From positions 2,560,001 to 2,624,000 of the forward strand of contig CBDCTK010000002.1 in assembly GCA_965222225.1 (NCBI GenBank): a stretch of 64,000 nt of DNA, given 5' to 3'. The stretch is from Candidatus Poribacteria bacterium. GTDB lineage: Bacteria > Poribacteria > WGA-4E > JAJDTR01. Made by a program: the position numbers and the translations under genes. The notes under the pieces are model-generated. The model saw nothing but the letters and a program-made list of their open reading frames with translations. It was not told where the DNA came from and did no database searches. The first letter of the stretch is position 1, and each line of letters begins with the position of its first letter. Positions 1 to 9,806 of this stretch are shown piece by piece.

Positions 1-27
1 ATAAAGCAGGGGTTTTTTGGCTTTTGG

Positions 28-495
28 GTGGCTATGAGCGAGAATACTGTCGTTATCTCCGCTCATATCTGGCCCAGGCCCTTAGCGCACGAGCGGGCTG
101 ACGGCGCAGCGGCGTTTGTCTATAATAGTATAGAAGATTTCGGCACGCCCCCTTTTGCCGTCGAACCGTTTGGATTGAGACTAACGACGTTAGGGCAGGT
201 CAAGCGCACGGCGCTTTATCAAAACTTCCCGAATCCATTTAACCCAGAGACCTGGATGCCGTATCGGTTAGTGGTTGAAGCTCCGGTGACCTTTCGCATT
301 TACAACGTCCAGGGGCAACTGACCCGCGAGTTGAATCTCGGGACCCAAAAATCGGGCGGTTATCTAACACGACAAACCGCCGCCTATTGGGACGGCAGAG
401 ACGGAGTCGGAGAGACGGTTTCCAGCGGTGTCTATTTCTACACTCTCCAGGCTGGCCCATTCCAGGCAACCCGACGCATGCTCATTTTGAAATAG
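28..495 (+). CDS. C-terminal part of an FG-GAP repeat secreted protein with FlgD-Ig/T9SS-like C-terminal domain (5' end outside the window)
   Basis: QNFPNPFNPETW...WDGRDGVGETVSSGVYFYTL...TRRMLILK; C-terminus nearly identical to ORF 21306..22943. Confidence 0.8.
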   Translation: MAMSENTVVISAHIWPRPLAHERADGAAAFVYNSIEDFGTPPFAVEPFGLRLTTLGQVKRTALYQNFPNPFNPETWMPYRLVVEAPVTFRIYNVQGQLTRELNLGTQKSGGYLTRQTAAYWDGRDGVGETVSSGVYFYTLQAGPFQATRRMLILK

Positions 496-498
496 CCT

Positions 499-908
499 GT
501 GCGTTTCGGAGTATGTCAATGCAATGTAGGTTCAATTCCTACTATGCGAGCCACCTCGTATAAGTCTAATCCTAACTGCAATATTGGAAACGATGTTGTG
601 GGAAGCAAGGAGACAAGGCGCATAGCCCGATGTAGGACGGTAGACATTAAGTTGCTACGTCCGACTACGATGATAAGGTTAGGGGAAACCCAAACAGATT
701 GTCTGAAGCCTCGAAGGAAACCGTCTGAGACCTCAAGTTACTCCCAAGCGTTAAGCTAGGAAGCCGTCTATGAGGGAAACCACACCACATGGAGATTGTT
801 GGGATACTATGCTATTATCTCAACAGGTGGTAGTTCAAGGCACGGGGTAAAGATCTGAACCTAAGTTATCGGTGAAGTGGATTGACAGAGAACCGAAAAG
901 TCCCTAAG
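499..908 (+). mobile_element. 5' fragment of a group II intron (domain I region); no RT ORF and no domain V/VI seen
   Basis: Starts GTGCG 3 nt after the upstream stop; GTAGG-TTCAATT-CCTAC hairpin and structured GNRA-rich sequence; 3' boundary approximate. Confidence 0.6.
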
Positions 909-1134
909 TTATCTCCATCATATTCGGCGGGTTGCTGGGAGGCCATCGCGGCCTGAAGGGTTTCGAAAGGGGCCTTGGCTTCTTCCAAGGTTAAGCCAAT
1001 TTCATGGTCAAAGTCAGCCACGAGGCAGTGCTCTCAATAGATTAACTCATGTGCATCGGCAGTGAATCTTACGGCAGAAGCTAAGGCAGCACTCTTACGA
1101 GTTCGGCTACGGCTGGACTTTCTGAGAAAGCGCG

Positions 1135-2109
1135 TTACGTCATCACCCGACCAACAGCCGCGGTAATATTAGAGACCTCGGGCACAACATGCTTGACGAG
1201 TTCGGAACTGAATGGCATGGGCACATGGGGGCTGCCAACTCGAATGACCGGCGCCTTGAGCGCTTCAAAACAGTTTTCACCAATCATCGCTGCTATCTCG
1301 GAGACCCCCCCGGCGAAACTGGAATCCTCTCCACAAGCCACAGCGTGGCCAGTGCGCCGAACCGACTCGCAAATCGTCTCAGTATCCAGCGGTGAGAGGC
1401 TCCTCACATCAATGACCTCGACATCGTAACCATCGTCCTCTAGCAGCACAGCCGCTTCCTCTGACTTCTGCACCATCGGGCCGATAGCGACAACGGTAAC
1501 GTCCTCTCCGTCGCGAGTGATTTTGGCCTGGCCGATCGGTATGATGTGCTCACCTTCAGGCACCTCACCTTTGGAAGCATAAACCCGTTTGTACTCGAAA
1601 AATAGCACCGGGTCAGAGCTGCGTAGCGCACTCTTGAGCAGCCCCTTGGCGTCGCTAGGCGTCGAAGGCACGACGACCTGCAGGCCAGGAACGTGCATGA
1701 ACCACGATTCCATAATCTGTGAGTGCTGTGCAGCGAGCAACCAACCAACCCCACACGGCAGACGAAGGACCATGGGCACACTGGCTTGACCGCCCGTCAT
1801 GTAGCGCATTTTTGCCGCCTGGTTGACAACTTCGTCCATAGCGCAAGCCACGAAGTCCAGGTACATAATCTCGACCACTGGGTTCATACCCGCCATAGCG
1901 GCACCAACCCCCACGCCGACAATCCCCGCTTCTGCGATTGGTGTTTCAAGAATCCGTCCCGGGAAACGCTCCGCAATACCCTGTGTCACCTTATAAGATC
2001 CGCCGTGCGTAATGACATCTTCACCCATGACGAATATCGTCTCGTCACGTTCCATCTCCTCATGCAACGCCTCGCGCAAGGCTTCGGAGAAAGTCATCGT
2101 TTTCATCAT
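1135..2109 (-). CDS. 2-oxoacid/acetoin dehydrogenase E1 beta subunit
   Basis: GEDV, ETPIAEAG, VEIMYLDF, NQAAK, AQHSQ and VVVPSTPSDAKGLL motifs. Confidence 0.92.
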   Translation of the reverse strand: MMKTMTFSEALREALHEEMERDETIFVMGEDVITHGGSYKVTQGIAERFPGRILETPIAEAGIVGVGVGAAMAGMNPVVEIMYLDFVACAMDEVVNQAAKMRYMTGGQASVPMVLRLPCGVGWLLAAQHSQIMESWFMHVPGLQVVVPSTPSDAKGLLKSALRSSDPVLFFEYKRVYASKGEVPEGEHIIPIGQAKITRDGEDVTVVAIGPMVQKSEEAAVLLEDDGYDVEVIDVRSLSPLDTETICESVRRTGHAVACGEDSSFAGGVSEIAAMIGENCFEALKAPVIRVGSPHVPMPFSSELVKHVVPEVSNITAAVGRVMT

Positions 2110-2255
2110 GCCACCTCCTGTCGGGGAGCGAGGACATCCGTGGTGACGTTCTCAGGCGTCGGGAACGGACTCTCCTCAGCAAATTTTACGGCCTTGGCGA
2201 TTTCATCCTTGACCTCGTCCTGGATCTTCGTATCCTCATTGAACCCATAGTCGAA
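2106..2255 (-). pseudogene. 3' remnant of E1 alpha subunit
   Basis: Minus frame reads ...QDEVKDEIAKAVKFAEESPFPTPENVTTDV...*, with an ATGA overlap onto the beta start; the rest of the gene is missing. Confidence 0.75.
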
Positions 2256-2929
2256 TATCACTTTCTAGCCTGTAGTTATGGATTTCGTCCGAAGCGAAGT
2301 TGTCAAGATGGGGGCTGTAAAGGTTTTGGCAAAATGGGATTATGTAGTACTACATAATCGGTGATAAAGTCAGTGGGAACTGCATTCGTCACCTCGTGTG
2401 AACACACTGAAAGCGGGGAGAAAGGCTGCCGGTGAACGGGGGTTCTCCCCCGCACCTCAGCTTACCTGCCGCTCTGCTTGTCAGCGCTTGGCATTTCTGG
2501 GTGCGAATCGTGTTCTCATGCGGGTTTATCGTTCATTTAGTGATAGTACGCAATGCCTCTTTTCTTAGCTCCTTGTCAAAACTTTACAGAGTGGCTTGAC
2601 ATTAACATGTCGGATATGCTAAAATATCCAAGCTTTTATCAAGAATTCCAAGACACAATAACCTGAGTTGGCGAGGTTGTTCGACAGGTATTGGATTGAG
2701 AATCTTATTCCGTTATATCTCAGCGAGTGAATCAATGAGGAATCGAGATGAAAGTAACCGGGAACGCATTTCGTGCCGACTCGGTAGAGGGTATCGCAGT
2801 TTGCCCAAAGTGGCTTTTCTTAGCTGCTTTCGAGAGTAAAGATTTTATTGGAACTATGTTAAGTGAATGTTGTAGAGTAAATCAACGATCGATGCGGTGT
2901 TTGATGACACCTAATAGGAGGAAAATTAG

Positions 2930-3805
2930 ATGAAGGTCAAATTTTTGCTGATTGGTGTAATTGTCACTCTTGGCATGTTGGCTGGCTCAAATTATGCTGA
3001 GATAGATCCTTCCTGGATTGTGGGCATCTGGACGTTTGATGAGGGTTCTGGTGAAGAAGCCAGGGATGTTTCTGGAAATGGGCATGATGGGAAAGTTCCG
3101 GGCGATGTCAAATGGGTTGATGGGCCCTTTGGCACGGCTCTGGAGTTTGACGGGAGCCCCATTCCTGACGCGGGCGGCGATTCTTTTTTAGACGGGAGCG
3201 TGGTTGAAGTTCCGTATCATGATGACTTGAACCTGAGAGATGTTTACAGCTTGGCCGCCTGGGTGAAAGTCGATCCGGAAAATGCTTGCTGTGATCGCAA
3301 TCCTGAACCGTGGGGCGGTATTATTGTCAAAAGAAATCATGTCCACGATCCAGCGTCTGGCGGCGAAAGAAATTGGGGGCATTGGGGATTATGGGTTGGT
3401 GCTGCGGACCAAGGTTCAGTGGTCTTGTGGGGAAATATGGCAGGGCCCGGCGAAATTAATCAGTGGTGGATAGCAAAGAGTAACCTTGCCGATGGAGAAT
3501 GGCATCACATCGCTGCCGTGTGGGACCGATTTGAATTAATATTTTATGTAGATGGAGTGGATGATACGAGCGAAGATGGTAACGTAAGCGGCGACGCGAT
3601 GGGCGTCATCGAACAACCGCTTACCATCGGCGGTGACCTAAATGACCATTATTTCAGCGGCGCCATTGATGAGGCGGCAATTTTCAGTGAGCCGTTGAGC
3701 GAGGGTGATATCCAGGACGTTATGGGGGGACTGGGGCAGTATGCGACCGCTGTTGATTCTTATGGGAAACTCGCCGTCACCTGGGCAAGCATCAAAGCCC
3801 AGTGA
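2930..3805 (+). CDS. Secreted LamG/concanavalin A-like jelly-roll protein
   Basis: Signal peptide, WTFDEGSG, D.SGNG.DG, WHHIAAVWD, FSGAIDE; tail AVDSYGKLAVTWASIK. Confidence 0.88.
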   Translation: MKVKFLLIGVIVTLGMLAGSNYAEIDPSWIVGIWTFDEGSGEEARDVSGNGHDGKVPGDVKWVDGPFGTALEFDGSPIPDAGGDSFLDGSVVEVPYHDDLNLRDVYSLAAWVKVDPENACCDRNPEPWGGIIVKRNHVHDPASGGERNWGHWGLWVGAADQGSVVLWGNMAGPGEINQWWIAKSNLADGEWHHIAAVWDRFELIFYVDGVDDTSEDGNVSGDAMGVIEQPLTIGGDLNDHYFSGAIDEAAIFSEPLSEGDIQDVMGGLGQYATAVDSYGKLAVTWASIKAQ

Positions 3806-3961
3806 AAATATAGATATTTAAGGAGCTGAAGCTGTTGTAATATGGTATTCGAAACAACTCAAGCGTTAGACCTAACTGAAACGACACGTTTTTGATGCGG
3901 GTTGCCAATGTCGTCGAGCCCAGTGGTGTCGGTCACATGATTTCGAACCGCCCGATTTTAA

Positions 3962-4705
3962 TCATGCGAAAGCTGGGCTTGCTCGGTTAGCATCAGTGAA
4001 TGTTTGCGCGATTGCCGCTATTTCTGGGCTTCCCGATACCTGGCACTGATGAACGAATGAGAATTTCATCTGCCCCGCTGAGTGATAGTTTTGTCCTCGT
4101 CGGGGCTTTTTTCTGCCTGCCAACAGACGACTCCCCCAGAAGTATTGGCGTTCTGTCTTCTTCGGCGGTGTATATCTGATACAGAAGTAACGGTAGCGTG
4201 CGGCGCATTCATCGAGTGTGTTCCCTATCGAAAAGAACGCCGGGTGCCACTGTGTCAGTCCATCGTCGGTCAATCGGTCGTAGGTTCCGTAATTTGAGAA
4301 CGTGTAGAAAAATCCTTCTCGTATGCCTGCCGCTTTGGGGTTGGCGTGGATATAGCGCAAGGTATTGAGCGCACGTTGCTTGTCGTCTTTGTGGAATCCT
4401 GTGCTGTGATACCGTTGTTCCCAGAAATGCCCCTTTCGGTTGAGCATGCGGTTGAAGCACATCGCCGTGTACCAGTTGAGCCAGTGCATGATTTGGGGCA
4501 AATCCAAAGGGGCTTTGGGTTCAATCAGGTAGTGGATGTGGTTACTCATGATGCAAAAAAAGCCGTACTTCTCCTGAGCCCTTTTTATCGCGTACAGCAG
4601 CACCTCTCGGCACTCTTGGGACGTCAGGTGAAATTCACGGTTGTTGCAGCGAACGGTCACATGGTAGCAGTAATCAGGTTGCAAGTCTCGCTTTGGACGT
4701 GGCAT
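3962..4705 (-). CDS. Y1 HUH tyrosine transposase (IS200/RAYT-like)
   Basis: YHVTVRCNNRE, MSNHIHYL (HUH), GHFWEQRY, YIHANP (catalytic Tyr). Confidence 0.88.
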   Translation of the reverse strand: MPRPKRDLQPDYCYHVTVRCNNREFHLTSQECREVLLYAIKRAQEKYGFFCIMSNHIHYLIEPKAPLDLPQIMHWLNWYTAMCFNRMLNRKGHFWEQRYHSTGFHKDDKQRALNTLRYIHANPKAAGIREGFFYTFSNYGTYDRLTDDGLTQWHPAFFSIGNTLDECAARYRYFCIRYTPPKKTERQYFWGSRLLAGRKKPRRGQNYHSAGQMKFSFVHQCQVSGSPEIAAIAQTFTDANRASPAFA

Positions 4706-4861
4706 CTGTTGACCTCCCTCTCTTGTGGGTTGTGGCTAGCTGAGTCCTCCATTCCTTGAACCCCCAAGGCGGTGTTGAGCGTTTGTTGCTGGCGAAATTA
4801 TAACATCTGTTAAAAAATCGGGGTATTTCTGCCCCGTTCCGAGTGGTCGCAGTCGCCAAAA

Positions 4862-5432
4862 TTGGAATTGGGTGTAACTCCTGTGACTCTCGACGCGATT
4901 GACCGAGTCGCGTCTGCGCACCCGAAGTACAAAAAGGGGGATACTTTCGGACCGGGGAATATCGTAGAACGCGATCCGGTGTTCACGGAGCTGATCGATC
5001 ACCCGAGGCATGTTGGATTTGAATATGATCTCTTTGGCGAACTACTCAAACTGCATCAAAGTCAGTTCTCCCTGCGTCCGCCCGGCGGCATACACTATAA
5101 TATCCGAGCGCTGCCCTATGGCGTATTTTCGCCGAAACTGCCGCTCCAGATCAAAATTGGCTACTAGCTGACCGATCTGCCGCATGAAAAAATGGGCAAC
5201 CTGGTGGTGTTGCCGGGGAGTCACCGACAACAGTAGTAGATGCCTACGACACCCACGAGAGCGTCCGCGGTGAGAAGGTTGTATGCGTGGGCAAGGGGAC
5301 GATGACCGTTATGCACTCCAGCATCTGGCACCGCGTTGAGCCCAACGATCGCGATGTCACGCGCTATAATATATTCACCGCTTACTGTCCATCTTGGGTG
5401 ACGCCGTCGGATCGCTTTCACACAGCATAGGC
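4862..5432 (+). pseudogene. Phytanoyl-CoA dioxygenase (PhyH)-family pseudogene
   Basis: ELIDHP...KIGY*LTDL...GNLVVLPGSH, then a frameshift, then MHSSIWH; 5' end lost next to the transposase. Confidence 0.7.
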
Positions 5433-5434
5433 TC

Positions 5435-6172
5435 TTAGCGTTTCTCCAAACCAAACGACGCCAAAGTATCTGGAATGAGCGCACAGTGCTCGCCCAACCG
5501 CTCGCGGATATCCTGCGTCAAAGAGCCTGCAATTTCATATTGAGGCGCAGTGTTTGGACAACTGTATCCCATGTGGATGACACACCTGGGCGATTTTGAA
5601 TAGTTTGCACATCCTCCATGCCAGATGTCACCGTGAAGGAAAATTCCAGTTCCAGCCGTGCAGGTCACGTAGATTTCTCCAGCAACTGCCGCTTTGGGAT
5701 CGTCCAGAACATCTCGGGGCCAAGGTTTTTTATGCGAGCCCGGCACAAGGCGAGTCGCACCGTTTTCTTCTGTCATGTCATCAAGTGCCCACACCACATT
5801 GAGGTATGCAGTACAATTCTTAAAGAACGATCGATCGGCATGGATCGCCTGATGAGGACGCGGATCACCAGGCATAGGATCGTGAAAATTCATAGCCTGC
5901 CAGCGCATATCATCTCCAATCACCAGCCTGGCCATTTCCAATGCAATCGGCTCGATTGCCAGCTCTTCTAGGACGCGACCTTTGCCAATGAGATTGCACA
6001 ATCTGCGAGCTCCCGGAAAGTTAGCTCCTTCTGACCCTGCCTTTTCGCCCTCCAGATCATATCTCTTTTCCAGGGTATCTCTCAACGCTGCCAATCGTTG
6101 CACAGATAGCACATGTTCAACGATCAAATGACCGTGTTTTTGAAAAAAATCCCATTGTTGCACAGAAATCAT
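5435..6172 (-). CDS. Phytanoyl-CoA dioxygenase (PhyH) family protein
   Basis: HxD (HAD), WALDDMTEENGATRLVPGSH, IWHGG. Confidence 0.88.
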   Translation of the reverse strand: MISVQQWDFFQKHGHLIVEHVLSVQRLAALRDTLEKRYDLEGEKAGSEGANFPGARRLCNLIGKGRVLEELAIEPIALEMARLVIGDDMRWQAMNFHDPMPGDPRPHQAIHADRSFFKNCTAYLNVVWALDDMTEENGATRLVPGSHKKPWPRDVLDDPKAAVAGEIYVTCTAGTGIFLHGDIWHGGCANYSKSPRCVIHMGYSCPNTAPQYEIAGSLTQDIRERLGEHCALIPDTLASFGLEKR

Positions 6173-6230
6173 AATCTGGGTTTGAGCTGTTTTTTGTGCC
6201 CAAGATGCCGAGGTTTGATGTTTACTTCAC

Positions 6231-6869
6231 CTAAAAGCGGTAGCCGGCTGTAATGATAAAGGTGGGAACAACCGACGCCGCTCCGCCTGGTGGAGCGAAA
6301 GTTACAATGACTGGTAATTCAACACGGATGTCCAATGCACTCTTAAAAGTTCGTCCAATTCCAAGATTGAATACAGTACCGCCAGTAGAACCTTCTTCTG
6401 ATTGTATACTACCTCCACCAGGCAGGAGTGCACCTAAGCTTTCGTCAGTAGGGCTTCTTTCTTCCCACTCCACATTTATGCTGCCTAGTCCTATCCCTGC
6501 CACGAAGAATAGCCTGGGTTTGCCGGGCGAATAATTAATCAGATAGTTTGCCATCATACCAAACACGAATGTATCGGTTTTCTCCTTGTAAATGTGTATC
6601 CCTTCAGTGCTCTCTTCTTCGAAGCTGCCACTGAAGAATAGTATACCTAACTCTAGAGCATTGCTCTGCAAGTCGATTAGATAATTACCGCCAATGCCGT
6701 ACGCCAGCCCCCCGCTGATGTCTGTCCCAACCCCACCGCGAATTCCGATTTTTGCAGATTCCATCGAAGGGTCCACCTGGGCGATGCTAACTGTCGAAAC
6801 GCTCAAGACCATGACCAGGATTAAAGCCAATATCCAGATATGTCCTTGCTTTGTATCTCGTACTTTCAT
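6231..6869 (-). CDS. Outer-membrane beta-barrel protein
   Basis: Signal peptide, alternating amphipathic strands, C-terminal AGYRF. Confidence 0.7.
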   Translation of the reverse strand: MKVRDTKQGHIWILALILVMVLSVSTVSIAQVDPSMESAKIGIRGGVGTDISGGLAYGIGGNYLIDLQSNALELGILFFSGSFEEESTEGIHIYKEKTDTFVFGMMANYLINYSPGKPRLFFVAGIGLGSINVEWEERSPTDESLGALLPGGGSIQSEEGSTGGTVFNLGIGRTFKSALDIRVELPVIVTFAPPGGAASVVPTFIITAGYRF

Positions 6870-7044
6870 GGTTGTTGTTTTCCTTATGGGGGTGACGGAA
6901 TGGTATGTGCGACCAGATAAGGGTACAAACTAAAATAGTGTAATGATACCCCCTGAGACTCAACTACTTTGATGCTTTGAGACGTTCCCCGTTTTCTTCG
7001 ATGCTCGCCCCATGGAGTTGGTAGTCCCGGGAGTTCACAATTCT

Positions 7045-8277
7045 TCAATTCGCAGAGGCTGTTTCCCGAAATGCTGGATAGTAAGGCATCTCCTCAACAT
7101 CTGGCCAGCGCTTACACAGTTGACTCACAACCTGACGAGCAGTTTCGCCGACCATTTCCAGGCATTCGTACCTTTCTGTCACCTGTGCGAAAATCTCGAA
7201 CCGTAGAACAATGCGTTGTCGCACTGTAGCGATACCCCATTCCTGATCTCGTTCCAAAATACCAGGCATCGACCAATTACAGAATGTTTCACATACCCAA
7301 TAAGCACACGCTCCAACGACTGCTTGGTAGAACAAAGTATCGTCGGCAGCTTGTGGACAGCCCTTGATTAATTCTGTGCGATAGGCTGCTTCTGCTCTCA
7401 GCGCGATAGTTTCAGGGATGCGATTGACACACCAACAGCTAGGAAAGTGAATACGCGGATAGACACCATCTTGTAATGCGTTGCCAAACCGCCCGTGCTC
7501 GAAGTCGAGCAGCCGCAAGTCAGAGCCAACCCAATGACAGTTATCAGGGCAGGGATCTGAGTGGATATAGGTGTAAAATGGACTTGACTCGGTAAGATTA
7601 GGCAAGACTGTCATGATTTCGTCTCCAAAGCCCGAAGGTAAGGAAACATTAATGGATTTCAGGCACTCGTCTATCCCGTTGAGGAATTTGGAGGCCTGTT
7701 CTGTCATTGATTCAGAGGACTCTCTTACCGCGCCGAGCGCTTGACGTAGTTCGTCATATCTTGACTTTTGACCAATAGTCTGGGCGTGCATCCGTCCAAC
7801 GGTGCTAGAAAGCGCAATCAGTGTTTCTTCAGCGGGAACTGGATCATCAGCCAGCAACAGATGGTCTAAGCGCTTACCCGTTCCAAAATCCTCCATCACG
7901 ATGAAACCTGCCCCTCGACTCCCGCCATAGAATTTTGGTGCAGGCAGTGTTCCCTGGCAGGCTTCTGTTAAGAGCTGTAATCCAGCCCACTCGTTAAAGA
8001 GCATTGATGCGGGACCTCTTAGCGCATCCGGCTCATACGTCTCCTGACCGGGACCGCGATTCGGTGACTGTTTTAAGATAACCGTTTGAGGTACTTCCAA
8101 GGGGCCATGGACTACATTCAGCCGGTGAACGTACGAGCGACCACTTAGACCGTCAGTCTCACCAACCTGCAGTTGGACCTCACCGCCAAATGACTCGGCG
8201 AGCATCTGCTCGGCAATGGAGATGTCTTCTGCCAATTTCTGTTCTGGCGCCTTCAACATTGGGGGAACTCCTTTCAA
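7045..8277 (-). CDS. Aminoglycoside phosphotransferase/kinase-like protein
   Basis: VMED, HSDPCPDN (catalytic loop), LLDFEHG. Confidence 0.75.
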   Translation of the reverse strand: MKGVPPMLKAPEQKLAEDISIAEQMLAESFGGEVQLQVGETDGLSGRSYVHRLNVVHGPLEVPQTVILKQSPNRGPGQETYEPDALRGPASMLFNEWAGLQLLTEACQGTLPAPKFYGGSRGAGFIVMEDFGTGKRLDHLLLADDPVPAEETLIALSSTVGRMHAQTIGQKSRYDELRQALGAVRESSESMTEQASKFLNGIDECLKSINVSLPSGFGDEIMTVLPNLTESSPFYTYIHSDPCPDNCHWVGSDLRLLDFEHGRFGNALQDGVYPRIHFPSCWCVNRIPETIALRAEAAYRTELIKGCPQAADDTLFYQAVVGACAYWVCETFCNWSMPGILERDQEWGIATVRQRIVLRFEIFAQVTERYECLEMVGETARQVVSQLCKRWPDVEEMPYYPAFRETASAN

Positions 8278-8874
8278 GGAAGTCCAGTTGTTGCATTATA
8301 CCATACCTGCAACGCTAGTAGAACTAAAGATATTGGCGAACCCCCTCTCGTGGGCATCAAGACAGTACGAAATAATGCCTAGAAAGCAAAACCCCAGTGT
8401 GGCGCACACCGGGGCTGGGTGAAAAACAGGAATAGACCTGAGTTCTAGCTTTAATCCATTTTCTAGAACTTGTATAAATGGCCGAAACGGCCAGCAAGAG
8501 ACTTTCCTGTTTATCCACCATTTTTTTCACGAAATCTAGAACTGGACGGCATGTAGGCATACCTCTCCGCCAGAAATGCTTGTGGTTATTGGGTTTGTGG
8601 GATTGTATGAGTTCTAGAAAATAGGGGTTTGTTGGAACTCAAAGCGCTTTTGATATTTTCATTTATCTTCCATCACCCACCAAGGATTTCTACCATTCGC
8701 TATACACGCCTGCCAATTTAATAAACGACGGTTTGATGGATACAAAAAACGGCTCAAACCCAGGATTTAATTGGATTCAAGCCGTTTTGAAAAATGCTTA
8801 CTAAATGGGAGCTTATCGAGTGTCCTTTATTTCTTCCCGTGCTGTAGCGAGCTTATTCTGTTACCATATTCGCC

Positions 8875-8930
8875 ACCTAACGTTACAGTTCACCGGCGCC
8901 CTTGGCGTCCGGTGAAACCGATGGTTGGGC
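8875..8930 (-). other. Solitary integron attC-like site
   Basis: Minus strand GCCCAAC-CATCGGTTTCACCGG...CCGGTGAACTGTAAC-GTTAGGT (RYYYAAC...GTTRRRY, imperfect palindrome). Confidence 0.7.
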
Positions 8931-9779
8931 GGCTTGTGTCACAGTCTCGAGCGTCTTGTCTGCTACAAAGCCGATTTCAGTCTTGATAAGGTTTATGTCG
9001 TAGACGCAGTCGTACTCGTGTCCAGGTTTTTCAAAGTGTGACAGGTTGACGTCACTGCCCCACCAGTTTCTAAGAACCTCCGCAACGGGGATTGCCACCC
9101 AGGCTTTTGGGCCCGCTGCATTCATAATGCGAACTCCGGACTTGTAAGGGGCTTCCGCGGCCATCGTGAAGGCGCGGGCGGCGTCGCTTAGTGCCATGAT
9201 TGTGATGCCGCCCAAGGCCCATTTTGTCAGTGGGGCTGGCCCTTGGAGGGGCGGCATGCTCTCATCCGGGCACACGGATGACAGACGCAGGTTGATTACG
9301 TCAATCTCCGGGTTCTGGCGGTGATGGTACTTCGACACCTCTTCCATCAGGTATTTGGAGAACCCGTACCCGTCACGGTCGAGACACGGATGTTCGTCCG
9401 GAATAGGAACCTGGCAAGGTCTGAACATCGTGCTCTGGAAGCCCACGGCCGCAATAGAACTGGCCATCACGAACTTTGTGCACCCACGATCGATCAAATA
9501 CCGCATGAGACATCGTGTACCCTCGACGTTGACAAGCATTCCGTCGCGCTCCGCACAGCCGCCGGTCACGGCGGCCTGATGGATGACCACATCGACCGGT
9601 TTCTGGTCAAGCCGACGCAGATCCTCAAACGAACCAAAGTTGCCCCGAATCCAAGTAAGATTCGCCCCGGGCCTCTTGCGGCTCATGCAAAGCACCTCGT
9701 GCTTCACTGACATGGCTTTCGCAAGCGCTTGGCCAATGAAGCCACTGGCTCCAGTGATCAATACTGTGCTCATAGACAC
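8883..9779 (-). CDS. NAD-dependent epimerase/dehydratase (extended SDR)
   Basis: TGASGFIG, VNVEGT, ASS, YGFSK. Confidence 0.9.
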   Translation of the reverse strand: MSMSTVLITGASGFIGQALAKAMSVKHEVLCMSRKRPGANLTWIRGNFGSFEDLRRLDQKPVDVVIHQAAVTGGCAERDGMLVNVEGTRCLMRYLIDRGCTKFVMASSIAAVGFQSTMFRPCQVPIPDEHPCLDRDGYGFSKYLMEEVSKYHHRQNPEIDVINLRLSSVCPDESMPPLQGPAPLTKWALGGITIMALSDAARAFTMAAEAPYKSGVRIMNAAGPKAWVAIPVAEVLRNWWGSDVNLSHFEKPGHEYDCVYDINLIKTEIGFVADKTLETVTQAAQPSVSPDAKGAGEL

Positions 9780-9806
9780 GTTCCTTTCCGCCTGAAGGAA
9801 GCGACT

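Noticed and set aside
28-495. Diversity-generating retroelement-like TR/VR pair with 21306..21660
   Set aside because: There is no RT, and the differences are mostly synonymous rather than adenine-specific; ordinary paralogy
2365-2470. Cobalamin or other riboswitch
   Set aside because: Conserved cores (B12 box etc.) are not recognisable on either strand
4744-4782. Weak resemblance to a ...CAAGGCGTTGAGCAC-type CRISPR repeat
   Set aside because: Single, poorly matching copy
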